A stretch of 64,000 bases of DNA from assembly GCF_038025025.1 (NCBI RefSeq), contig NW_027117340.1, positions 1,736,001 through 1,800,000 on the forward strand. Reading direction: 5' to 3'. The translations under genes and the position numbers were made by a program. This DNA is from Phyllosticta citribraziliensis (lineage: Eukaryota). Each line of letters opens with the position of its first letter. The first letter of the stretch is position 1. Under the pieces are notes generated by a model that did not search any database, was not told the DNA's origin, and saw only the letters and a list, made by a program, of their open reading frames with translations. Shown in pieces: positions 26,461 to 38,343 of this stretch.

Positions 26461-26911
26461 ATTGCTAGGAAGTCTCATTTCTTTCGACACCCACTGCGCT
26501 GGCGTCCTTATAGACGACCAGAGACCGGGATCTTTCAAAGAGCAAACCATTTTGCCACCTCCATGGAAACATCATTGTACGGAAAGAGACGAGACACTGG
26601 GACCATTCGATCTGAAGGCAAGGATATATGATCTGTTCAATATAATCGAAAAGGTTGCAAAAAGGAAGCACGGTGCGGAGGGATTAGCTGTAGAAGTGTG
26701 GACAGAGCTCAATGCACTGAATGAACAAAGGAAATGAGAAAGGCAGAATTTAACGAGGCTTGAATGTCATTCAAACAATGCATGTTGTGAACTTACGAAG
26801 GTGTGTTGTTGAACAATGACTCTTTTGTCCCGTATAAAACGGATCCATCAGCAACTCATCACTCAATTTCCAAAACACTCCCATATTCTCTCCCTCCCCA
26901 AAACCGAAATC

Positions 26912-27075
26912 ATGGTGAACCAAGAGGAGCTCGCCGCGATTCGCCACCTTTTTGGCGACCACGAAGCCCAGCTCTGGAGCGAGGGCCGCGGGCACATGTT
27001 TGTCCGTGACAACGAAGGTGAGATACACAACGTGCGGGGCGAAATGTTCGATGAGCTGAGACGAGTTGCTGCGGT

Positions 27076-27107
<32 letters not shown>

Positions 27108-27838
27108 GACAGCGACAACATCAACAGCCACAGGAGAACTATGATGCCGACGTCGAGAGCAACGAGGATAGCTTTTCGGAGAGTGACTCAGACCTGAGCG
27201 CTTCCAGCTACAGCTCTTCCGAGGACGGATCCGGCATCTGGGACGAAGAAGTTCTGCTTCCTCCGTTCACCAACGCCGACATCGAACGCTTCGCGGGACA
27301 CCAGATCCACACCATGTTGGTTGAAGGTCCGCTTTCCCCACAGCAAGTTGCCATTGTGCACCGACTCTTCGGCGAGCTGGCAGCGCAACTGTGGCTTGCA
27401 GGCCGTAGGTCCATGATGGTGCGCACGCCCGAAGGTGAGTATTGCATGGTAATCCGTGGAGATCTTAGACGCCGGCAACAGCAACAGCAGCGGGATATGC
27501 TAGAGCATTTTCAACAACAGCGGCAGCAGCAACTCCAGCAGCAGCAACTCCAGCAGCAGCAACGGCAACAGCGGCAACAGCGGAGGCGGTCACCCTCGCC
27601 CGTAGAGCTTGCGGCCGTCGAGCAGCCCGTAGAGGTCGAGGCGGTTCAGCGTCCAGTTGAGATGCCGGCGCGAGAGCAGCCGCTGTCGACGGCGCAGCTG
27701 CTCTTCATCGCACAGGAGTTTGGTGACGAGGAGGCCCATCGCTGGTTCGAGGGCCGCGGCAGCCGGTATGCTCGCAACCGCGACGGTGAAGTTGTCCTGA
27801 TCCGATCCGCGCTGTTTGAAACGTTCCAGCTGCAGTAA
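26912..27838 (+). CDS. Intronless orphan protein (308 aa) with three copies of a ~48-aa domain separated by poly-Q and acidic tracts
   Basis: TATAAAA near 26833 lies downstream of the ORF-track ATG, which favours ATG 26912. Three internal repeats FG..A..W..GR.....R...GE; CAG/CAA runs. Confidence 0.75.
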
Positions 27839-29837
27839 CTGCCACAGCTTTCAGTGCTCGCTATGCGCGTGGCTGGAGCTTATAGATTCCAAAGATTCTG
27901 CAACAGGTAAGTCTAGAAATAAATTCTACTGGTTAGTCAAGACATTGCTTTCGTAAACTGAAGAAGATGTGACACTGTGGTCTTGATGTTACATGCTCAG
28001 AAGATTGAAAAGGTGATACTGAAGACAGCATCGTTGGAAGTGTTCGACACTGCAATCATGGGTGATTTACCTCAATTTCGACAAGCAATCCGATTGCGGA
28101 GTGAACTGCTGGGCGGAGAAGCGCGTCTGAAAGAACGTATGGACTGTCGGTGTTACCTCAGATGAAGCGCACAGTGCTCCGAGAGCAGTCGTCCACCACC
28201 GCTGCTCTGGGAGAAATTCATCACCCGTTTCTGCATCATCGGAAAATTCTCCGCCTCAACAAGACGACCAAGATCACATCAGCCCACCCATCTCGCGCAT
28301 TTCCGCCGACATCGGACACATGCCGCTCGCATCTGCGCAAGAGGCACAGTAGCACTGAAGTATGGCTAAACGCCCTGCGATTCGTAAACTTTGCGGACGG
28401 CGGCCGTGGTTGGCTGCCAATTCCCGCAACCGCGTGGACCGGCCGAAAGAAGGGAAGAAGCTGCAAGTGTGCGCTCGAGTCGAGTTGCAGAAAGTCAAGG
28501 TATCACAGGGCGTTACTGGTGGAAGACTTGTCGTTGATGGTGGGCGCGGGCTGCCGTCGACGAGCGGGTGGCAGAATCCCTGTGCACATCACTCAGGTTG
28601 GTTGTCTCTCGTTGTCGCGGGGCCCCGCGGGGTTGAACTGCATGGATCTGCGTCGTGTCCAGGGAGAAGGTTAAGGTTTGGCGATACGGCGTCCGGCTCT
28701 TGGGATTGGACACGCAGAAATCTTGATTGATACTGTGACGTGGTGGGCTGGTGGTTTGAAGAGAGACGGGAAGGACAAGTGATAAAGCGAGCGACAAAGA
28801 CGGTCGAGAGCAAGCTCGACACCGTGGACCTGGAGAGAGCCGAGCCCCTGGTCCTGGATGCCTTCTGGAAAGAGCTTGATCGAATCGTGGATGGATTCTT
28901 CCGGGCGCCTCTGCGTGTGGGGAGGCAGATGATTAGAATGATATGGATGTTCGCATAAACAGGACAACTCCTAGATTGCGAGCTCTTCTCCAGTCGTCTT
29001 CGTGATCTTGTAAGAGGCTGCTATCTTCCGCTTTATGCTGGGTAGTCTGCATAGCGAAGGGATCATCCATGCTCGGTCCGGTCGAGCTTTTGCCGGGATG
29101 CACGTTGGTATCGTGACTTCAACTTGTCGTGAGTTTGGCAAGTGGTTCCGTCAAACTGCTTTGTGGCTCGGACTTCCTAGACCTGTTAGAGTATTTCTGC
29201 ACGCGCGTCAGCAGTGTTCGATTGCTCCTCTCGTTTCCAAATTCCAGTCTTGTTGCTCCCAACAAATGCAACAGCTGCAATAGACTTCCATCAGATGTCA
29301 GCCTTCCGGCGCCGCTGCAGCAAAAATACCACCTAAAACAGCAACGCTCCAAACCTTGTCCAAAAAACACCTGTGCATCCCCGCAAAAGCAAAAATCTTG
29401 ACGGACGCCATTTCCCCGCGGCGTCGTTCTGGCCTGCTTTGGCGTTCAATCATCAGCACAAGAGCCTCACAGGAGCACAAGTATAGTTTGGGTCAGTTTG
29501 CGGGTTCCCCGCAGCTAGCCTAGATTTGTCAATTTTCGACGCCTGAAACCCTGCCCCTTGGGTTGGCGATGGTTGGATTGGATTGTGAGAGAAGTTTGAA
29601 GGATCAGCCGTAGATGATGATCGTTAGTGCCTGCCGTATCTAATCAATACCACGTGTCTGTTCCGGGCCGCTATAATAAGCGTGCCCCTGCCATAAACGG
29701 TATAGAAGACTTTGTTGCCAGTCTCGTTTGTTGAACTCCTGCGCCGGCGGGAGTAACACTGTGGATTATTGACTAGTCGACTGCCTGGAACCACAGAATC
29801 ACGCACTGGACTCACACTCACATCCCTTTCTGCAGCC

Positions 29838-31784
29838 ATGCCACTATTCAAAAGGCCCACAGATGTCGAAGGCTCGGCCCTGCCCGCCATCGTCATCGGC
29901 ACATTCGTGGCCTTCGGGGGCGTACTCTTCGGGTATGACACGGAACTCTTCTAGGCACGCGATCTATATCCTAATCAAATCCATAGCTATGACACGGGAA
30001 CCATAGGAGGCATACTGGCGATGGATTATTGGAAGAAAGAGTTCACGACCGGGCACATCAACTCCAAGGGAGAGCCTGACGTGACGTCGAGCCAGCATTC
30101 GGAAATCGTGTCGATTCTCTCGGCTGGAACCTTCTTCGGCGCGCTGACGGCAGCTCCAATGGGTGATCATCTTGGTAGGAGAATGGGACTGATGGTTTCT
30201 ACCGGCATATTCTGCGTGGGAGTTGCGTTTCAGGTGGGTACTCGTGTGGAGTGCAGGAACTTGGCTGATTGGAACAGACTGCCGCTACGGCAATCCCGCT
30301 TTTTGTCGCTGGTCGATTCTTTGCTGGATACGGTGTCGGTCTGATCAGTGCCTTGAGCAAGTAAAACTGGCGAGCATGACGGATTGAAGCTGACCTTTGT
30401 AGTCCCACTGTATCAATCCGAAACTTCACCAAAATGGATCCGTGGATCAATTGTCGGTGAGCAATACTATACTTCCCCATTGATGACGTTGCTGAATGCT
30501 TCTCAGGATGCTACCAACTCGCCATCACCATTGGTCTTCTCCTTGCCGCAATCGTGGACAATGCAACCAAGAATAGAAACGATTCTGGGTCTTATCGGAT
30601 TCCCATAGCTGTACAGTATTACTCGCCTGTTGCAGTTCGAAAATTTCAGACACTAATGGTGGTTAGATTTGCATGGGCCATTATTCTGGTTGGCGGCTTG
30701 ATTTTCCTCCCCGAAACTCCGAGATACTTGATCAAAAGAGACAACTACCCAGAGGCCGCGAAATCCCTGGGGAAACTGCGCCGTTTGCCTGTTAGCCATC
30801 CTGCGATCAACGACGAGCTGGCCGAAATTCATGCGAACCACATGTACGAAATGTCGCTTGGCCGGGCCACTTACATTGACTGCTGCCGCGGAAATCTCGG
30901 CGTGCGTCTCGCGACAGGCTGTGCGCTTCAGGCGTTGCAGCAGCTGACCGGTACGTAATCCGCAATAGCATGTGGCGAAGACTGACAGCCATAGGTGTCA
31001 ATTTCATCTTCTACTACGGAACGTCGTTCTTCAAGAATGCGGGCTTCGACAACCCCTTCACCATCACCATGATTACATCGTGCATCAACGTAGCCACGAC
31101 TTTGCCTGGCCTTTGGATGATTGAGTCGTGGGGTCGGCGTAAACTGCTCCTCATGGGCGCCATAGGAATGGCATTCTGCCAATTTGTGGTGGCCATAACC
31201 GGGACTGTGGCCAAGACGACGGATCGGCCGGCGCAAAAGGCAATGATCTCGTTTGTCTGCTTCTACATCTTCTTCTTCGCGTGCAGCTGGGGCCCAGCTG
31301 GTAAGTCCTCCTCTTACAACTCCGGCTCTTGCTAACCCCAGACCTAGCGTGGGTGGTCACTGGAGAAATTTTCCCGCTCAAGGTTCGTGCCAAGTCACTG
31401 AGTATGACGACCGCGTCCAACTGGCTGCTGAATTGGGCCATTGCGTACTCGACACCGTACATGGTCGATGATGGGCCTGGAAACGCAAACATGGGGGCGA
31501 AGGTGTTTTTCGTGTGGGGGTGAGTCATTTTCAACCAACCACTGAGGATAACGCTAATATTTGAAAGGACATGTTGCTTCATATGCATCATCTTCGTCTG
31601 GGCATGCATCTACGAGACCAAGGGCTTGAGTTTGGAGCAGGTAGACGAGCTGTACGAGAAGGTTGATCGAGCCTGGAAGAGTCCTGGCTTTGTGCCCGAA
31701 ACGAGGTTTGTCGACGAGATTGAAGGAACAAAGGATGGCAAGACTGTGGTGCAGCAGTCAGTGGAGAAGGTGGAGTCTGCGTGA
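29838..31784 (+). CDS. MFS sugar porter (high-affinity glucose transporter, RGT2/RCO3/HXT-like); 8 introns including one GC-AG
   Basis: AFGGVLFG|YDTGTIGG; DHLGRR; PLYQSETSPKWIRG; PETPRYL; QQLTGVNFIFYYG; WGRRKLL; GEIFPLKVR; ETKGLSLEQVDELY. Confidence 0.95.
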
Positions 31785-32707
31785 TGATTTCTTTTCGACG
31801 CCGCCGAATAATTGATTGAAGAATGTGCGAGTTGCAACTGCGAGTAGCCAATAGGAAGAATTTAATGAAGAGTTGATTTCAGAAATCGAAGAAAGTCTCG
31901 GAAAGACCTAGCTTCGGCGCCAAAATTGGTGACACTCGTGAAACAGCGGCAGCATCCATGCAATAAAGAGTGCGGACAGGATGCATTCAAGCTTCTCGCA
32001 GCAGGGAGTGAGCTTTAGAGCTCTTAGTAGCCGGATCCCCGAGAACAGAAAATGGAGGGATGAAAGCGCAAGTGTTTGCTGTGTGCGTGCCACGATTTCG
32101 CTACCTGACCGGCAGGCGCAGGTGGTTAGCAGGCTACCCCAATATGGCCTAGCGCAACCACGCTGGTGGCGCCAGCAAAGAGCCCTTACGCACACCTTCG
32201 ACCTGCCTTGTTCATCGATGAACCCCATTCAAGCACTTCCTTGGTGGCTGGTGGAATGCGTGTCCATATGCCTTCAGGTGCCCGCAAACTTCCAAGATCC
32301 GTTAGTGTCTGCCTGTACCACTAACCGAAAAGAGCAGGTTTCAGGTAAGCACCCCTTGCTGATCTTCGCGTAGCCTGACCTCTTCGCCCCTCAGACAACC
32401 AGGTAGTATCCGAGGACGAAGTTGGTTAGAATGTCTTGGAACTTCGCGGTGTCTAACGATCTGGTCACAGCCCTAGGAGCGACAATTGTGGCATGAAAAA
32501 GCCAAGTTTGCGTACTTTCTTCCGTTTGAAAGCCTCCCATCGTCAAGAGCCTGGGACTCCACCGGCGCCGTAAAACCAAGAGGACTGTAGAATGAGTGTT
32601 GCGCTGATTGAAGACTGTCACAAGTGGAGAGTACCATACAATTGAATATAGCAGGAAAAACTTGCCTCGTTCTTCCTCGCTCCCAAATCACCGCTCGGAC
32701 ATTGAGA

Positions 32708-34436
32708 TTACAGCCTCGCACTCACGACTACTTTTTCCGCCGCTTTGGCCTCCAACGCCTCTCTCGCCTTCGCGTTAAATTTCCTCCACATATCCTTTCG
32801 CCTCTCGTGGCCCGCCATGAATCTGTCAAACCAAACTTGATCAAATGGCGGCAACGCTCTCCCCTTGCCATCCTCCGTCGGTGGGCCCGTCAGCTCCCTG
32901 ATGGTCTCCATGTACTCTTTAAAGTCCGGAAAAACAAGGTTGAACTTGGGACCATCGCCGCGTTGAGCGATACGGTCCTTCTCCCAGCGCTCCTGCTCCT
33001 GGACTGAGGGCAAGTTCTTGACGCGTCCTGCGAGGAGGCGAGCCGCGAGAACGGCCTGGTATTCGAAAATCTTGAAGGTCAGACCAGCGTTTACGGCACC
33101 TACGAAGACGATGGATGGGTCGGGCGTGTAGATCGTGTGGAGGTACAGATTTGGGATGCGGTTGTTTCTGGGCGTCGGAACTGGCTTCTTCGGATTCTGG
33201 GGAGTGGTGGAGGGCTGCTGGAAGAATGGGAGCGTCCAGGTATATCCTGTGCCGAAGATGATGTTGTCGACGCCAGAGACGGATGAGCCGTCCTGAAAGA
33301 ATACCGTGCGCGTTTCGGGCTCTACTCGGGTGATGGAGGGGACTCTACGTATTAGAGGGTGATTGAAGGCTTCGTCGCCAAAGTAGCCGTTGAAATTGTG
33401 ACCGACGACGACGGCATGAATTGGTTTTTGGGCGGTCGCGGTCAGGTCGTAGGCAATGTCCGCGGCCGAGACAGACGCACCAACCACGACAACCTTCTTG
33501 CCCTTGTATGCGTCCCGGCCGCGGAAGTGCTTGCTGTGGATGACGCTTCCAGGCCAAGCATTTGCAAGCTCAGAGAGTCCTGGGGCAAAAGGGATGTACG
33601 GCACACTGTAGTGGCCTGAAGCAACGACCACAGCGTCGAAGCGCTCCTCCCACCAATAATCCGTCTTTTCGCCGTCTTTACGCAGGGTCAATTTCCATTC
33701 CTCGCCACGGCCGCCTCCGATATCTACCTTTTCGGCTCTCTCGACGGTGGTGTTGTAGCTGACGAGGTCCTGGTATCCATTGCGCTCGACCAGCGATCGA
33801 ACGTACTCCAAAACGAGGGTCCAGTGCCGCCAGGGTGCGTCTTCGCCATAGACATTCTTGGCCCACTCAGACAGCTGGTTGGGAAAGGGTTCTTGGGTAA
33901 ATTCCATAGGAACGAAGTCGACATTGGTTTCGAGATAGGGGTAGACAGTTGACTCGGAGTAGCGAGGCGTTGATGACTTAGGGGTCTGAGCTGGGAGGTG
34001 AGAGGGAATTGTAGGCAAAGGCGGGTCTGCTGTCCGGGAGCCTAGCAGGGGGATTTCAGTTGGTTGAAGAATTGGTGGTGGTTTTGTCTCGCCGAGCCTG
34101 CGTCGTAGTCAGACGAGCTGGTCATGATTGAGCGATTGAAGAGGAAAAGATTTCGGAGTGCTCCCTGCGATATACTCCCAGATGCATCAAAGCGCTCACA
34201 TGCTCTCAAGTGCCATATGCAAGGATAGCTCGAAAGCTTTCTGCGCTCCGATGCATCGCGAGTCCGGGGTATTGCGTGAAAAAAAACTTGAGAGTGGCCT
34301 ACCAGCAGCCTCCAGGAGCTTCACGGCGCTCAAAAACCCTGACGATGTCAAATGTCCTCTCTTTCGCGAGTGCGTCGATTGCTATCGCGCCGGCTGGGCC
34401 AGCACCTATGACTGCTACGCGCTTTGCGGGCGCCAT
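32708..34436 (-). CDS. Flavin-containing monooxygenase (thiol-specific FMO-like), with PTS1 (exons 34436-34303, 34097-32708)
   Basis: RVAVIGAGPAG (FAD), FERREAPGGCW, YPYLETN, ASGHYSVP, FMO motif WPGSVIHSKHFR, VVGASVSAADIA (NADPH), GTGY; C-terminal -ARL. Confidence 0.93.
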
Positions 34437-35333
34437 TTGAGAAGCAGTGAGCTCGCAGAGATTTGCGAGAACGAAATGTTGTGTAGGAATGAGGGACTAA
34501 GGAGATGCCGTTTGATAAAGCAGGTGGGCGGGGTCATAAAGTCGAAGTGATTCGACCAAGGTTGACGGCTCCACACAAGCTTCCTTCCGGTCCTCGAAGC
34601 TCGGGCTTGACTATTCTACCCTTGCTCGGCGGGCTTGTGCGGCATTTGTGGGGACAGGTGTGGAGACAACCCAGCCAATGCAGGATATTAACAGTCGCAA
34701 TGCTAGACAGCTTCTTGTTGATGGCACGTCGCGAGTGCTCAAAAGGACTTGCCGAAAATGGCCGATTTTCGACGCCGTTCGGGGTCGATAAGTTCAAATC
34801 CCGATAAACTCAGAAGGGACTTGGCACGATGGTGAAATATGGCGTGCTCAGCGGTATAGACGTCGAACCGCGGGGCTAACTAGAATATCCCTGCAAGCCC
34901 GACATGGCGGGTGAACAACGTGGAAGTCCAACTGTTGGAGAGGGCATTGTGCAGAATCAAGCTGCAGACAGATATTCCATCTTCCAGGCCTCATGAGATT
35001 TGTTTTTGGTCCGCCAAGTTGCGCCGTATTGCGCCATGTTGATCCTCGATTTTCTCAATCAGACCTGCTTCCACTCCCTGTTGCATCACTGGAAGGATTC
35101 CTGGGCAGACATAAATGTCCAGATGTATGGACAAATGGGAGCTATGGCGTGATGTTCCAAGAGCGCGGCACACGAGGGGCATGACGAACTAGAGTTTTTG
35201 GGAGACGCGCTTTGGGAAGACATGTACCTGCAGGGCAATTGGTAGTTAATATGCCCTAGCCTCACATCCGAACCCAAGTTTTAGCATTCTGCCCACCTCG
35301 CGAATACGCCTTCAACCAACCGCGGACGTCAAG

Positions 35334-37214
35334 ATGGGGAAGCCGGAAGACTTACAGTTTATCGACTTCTCAGGACAGGAGTCGCCAATCTCTGAGCCTG
35401 ACTGGACGGAACAAGAAGAAACTCGAGCGCGACGAAAGTCTGTCGACAGGATCGCGTCGATTTGTTGCACTGGACTGTCTTGCTGACTGGCCGTGTGTTT
35501 GCAGAATCGACAGCTCCGTGCTACCGCTCTTGTATCTAGGACTACTCGTCTTTCAACTCGATCGCATGAACTTGGCAAGCGCTCTTACCGGCGGATTTGC
35601 AAAGGACATCAAGGTCAACCAGGACACAATTAATCTCGGTAACCAGCTCATGTTTCTCGGGATCGTACTCCTCGAGATTCCATCGAACATGCTCTTGCAA
35701 CGGGTGAGCAGCCCTGATATGAAGAAAAAGGAGATTCTGACATGACGTCAAAAAAAGATTGGTCCGCGCAAGTACATATCTGGACAAGTAATGCTGTTCG
35801 GGTTCGTTGCGACCATGCAGGTCTTCCTTGTCGACAAGAAGGGCTTTCTGGCCTCGCGCATGATGCTCGGGCTGGCCGAGGCCGGCTATATCCCAGGCGC
35901 GTGCTATACGCTGTCGACGTGGTATACCAGGCGAGAACTCGCCAGGCGTATCGCCGTCTTGTATGCTCCCAGTTCTCGCTCGGTTCGAAAGGTCCGTGGT
36001 TTGACAGCAGAGCAGCTTCTTCGGCATGTTCAGCGGTAACGCTCTGAGTCCCATCCTAGCGTCAGGCATCCTGAAGCTCAAGGGCGAGCACGGGATGAAG
36101 GGTTGGCAGTGGCTATTTCTGAGTACGTTCCCCTTTGTCTTCGTTGAGGCAACAGCTCCGGGCATGCCACTGACAGGGAACTCTTGACAGTTGAGGGTGT
36201 TTTCACAATTTTCGTCGGGTTATCACTGCTCTTCCTCCTGCCTGGCTCTCCTGACACACCTGACCCGCTCCTGAGCCCGGGAATAATCCGCTTCAAGGGT
36301 TCTGAGAGAGAAATACTGCAAAAACGTCTGGAATTGGATGATGAAGAGAGACGTGGTGGTGCTCAAGGCATGCGAATTCCACCAAAACTCGTGTGGAAGA
36401 CCATTCTGCACTGGAAACGATGGCCACACTTCCTCAGCAGTTTTGCGGTGTTCTCCACTTGGAGCCCCTTAACGACCTACACCCCGACAATCATCATGTG
36501 AGCATATCCCCACGCTTTTCGAGGGCTTCAATATTCGATACTCACAATTTGGACCCAGGCATCTCGGGTTCGATCGCATTGCGGCGAACGCCCTCGCTGC
36601 TGTGGGAGCGTCTCTCGCGCTCGTCGTTGTCTTCATATTCGCCTACATTAGCGACCGATTTAACAAACGCGGCTTCTCGGTGATTGGTGCGCACTTTTGT
36701 TATTTGGTCGTCCTAGTCGTGGCCCGCCAGGCGCATCCTCATGTCGGAAAGTGGTCACGTTGGGGTCTATGGACAGCTGTCAACAGCTTTGCAGTGGGAT
36801 ACCACCCAGTCCACAACTCTTGGGTGCAACTCAACTGCCGAGAGCCTGGTGAAAGAAGCATCAGCATTGCGTAAGTATTTTTCGGTCTGAAGGTAGCTTC
36901 ATCCTGAGTCTGACAGCGCTAACTCGTATCAATCAGAATGTGGGTCATGCTCTCCATAAGTGGCTTGATGGTTGGGACGCAGTATTACCGAGGAGACGAT
37001 ACCCCCTTGTGAGTGGATTTCCTCATCATCCCTCGTGCTTTTGTTGACGATTCCTAGTTATCATAATGGGTTGAGGACTCAGATCATCATGGTTGTGGTG
37101 GGAATGATGTTTGCCGTTTTGCAAGTTGTAATCTATGCTGTTCATAATAGACGTGTTGCGCAAGGCAAGCACAAGCCGCCCGCGGGAGAACCACCCAGAA
37201 TCTACGTTCTGTAG
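35334..37214 (+). CDS. MFS transporter, allantoate permease / anion:cation symporter family, multi-exon
   Basis: WTEQEETRARRK|IDSSVLPLL...FQLDRMNLASA; LEIPSN; LGLAEAGYIPG; LSTWYTRRELARR; GMKGWQWLFL|VEG; about 12 hydrophobic segments. Confidence 0.9.
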
Positions 37215-37512
37215 AGCTAGGAGGGTCAAACAAACTATTTTCCACGCGAATCTTCTCCTGTATCTGCGCCATGAGCATTGAAGCGTTGGGATATCCGTGC
37301 CCATACCAAAGGGTCAATTACTTAAGAGCTCGACTAGGCTACCAGAGTCGGTCGATGATACCGGTGTGTCCATTCCGTGAGGAGGAAGAGTGGCGCGAAA
37401 GATGGACCATGGTCTCCATTCTGGCTCCAATGTTTTTTCGAGTAAATGTCAGGGACCAAGGTCGAGGCATCAGTTTCGAAAGCAAGGGGGAATCACATGG
37501 CTTGAAATTCAA

Positions 37513-37592
37513 GTGGTTCAGGGTTTCGTGACTGGTTCAGGTCGTGACTGGTTCAGGGCTCCTTGACTGGTTGAGGGTCGATGACTGGTTGT
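37513..37592. repeat. Minisatellite, about 5 imperfect 16-19-bp units with core TGACTGGTTCAGGG
   Basis: GTGGTTCAGGG, TGACTGGTTCAGG, TGACTGGTTCAGGG, TGACTGGTTGAGGG, TGACTGGTTGTGG; a further related copy TGAGTGGCTCAGGG near 37619. Confidence 0.85.
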
Positions 37593-38343
37593 GGATCCAT
37601 TACCCGCTCAAAACTCGATGAGTGGCTCAGGGGTCCACGGCAGATTGAGAGACAGCATGGCTCCAAAAATAGGCTGGTGGTCGAAGTAAGTGGATTGAGC
37701 TGACCGTGGTCGAGTACTGAACAGCAGAGGATTGCGCGTTGAGGCGACCATCGCGACGTGGAAGTTTGGTGTCGCAGCGAAAGACGTGGCCGTGGGTTGC
37801 GGGGTCAAGGTGTGCGCCACCCGCACCGCCACAAGTAGCCGAGCGTGCAGGTGGCTGACTGGCTGATGCCTGGATGCCTGCCTGCCTGTCTGCCTGAGGT
37901 GGGCTGCTGCAGCCCTGACTGGTTTGTAACCAACGACTCAAACAAAGACCCACGACGTCTTGCTTCATTCCCTTCTTTCTTCTCCTCCCTCACTGCGCTC
38001 GACCTTGGTTCGCCTGGCCGTCAGACCTTGGTACAGTGCACCCCAACACCGCAGCGAGCTATCGTGGTACAGCTGCGTAGGGCTGAGGCATGCGCAAACC
38101 CAACGACTGTGACTTCCGTTCGGTCCCACACCTTGCCCGCCCTGTGGCCCTTTAAGCCGCGTCGCTCCCTCGCGCCGTTCGACTTTTCTTTCTTCTCTCT
38201 TCTTCACCTCACTCCAACACCACGCTTCAGCCATCTACTGCCCGTTCAACGCTACACGCTCGCCGAACCCACCGCTCTCAAACGCCACCTCTCGAGCCTT
38301 CTCACCCGAACAAACCTCCCCACCACCTCGTTCTTCGAACACC

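Noticed and set aside
37513..37635. Repeat array considered as CRISPR-like or telomeric
   Set aside because: Eukaryotic context, spacers only a few nt, no cas genes, and the unit is not TTAGGG.
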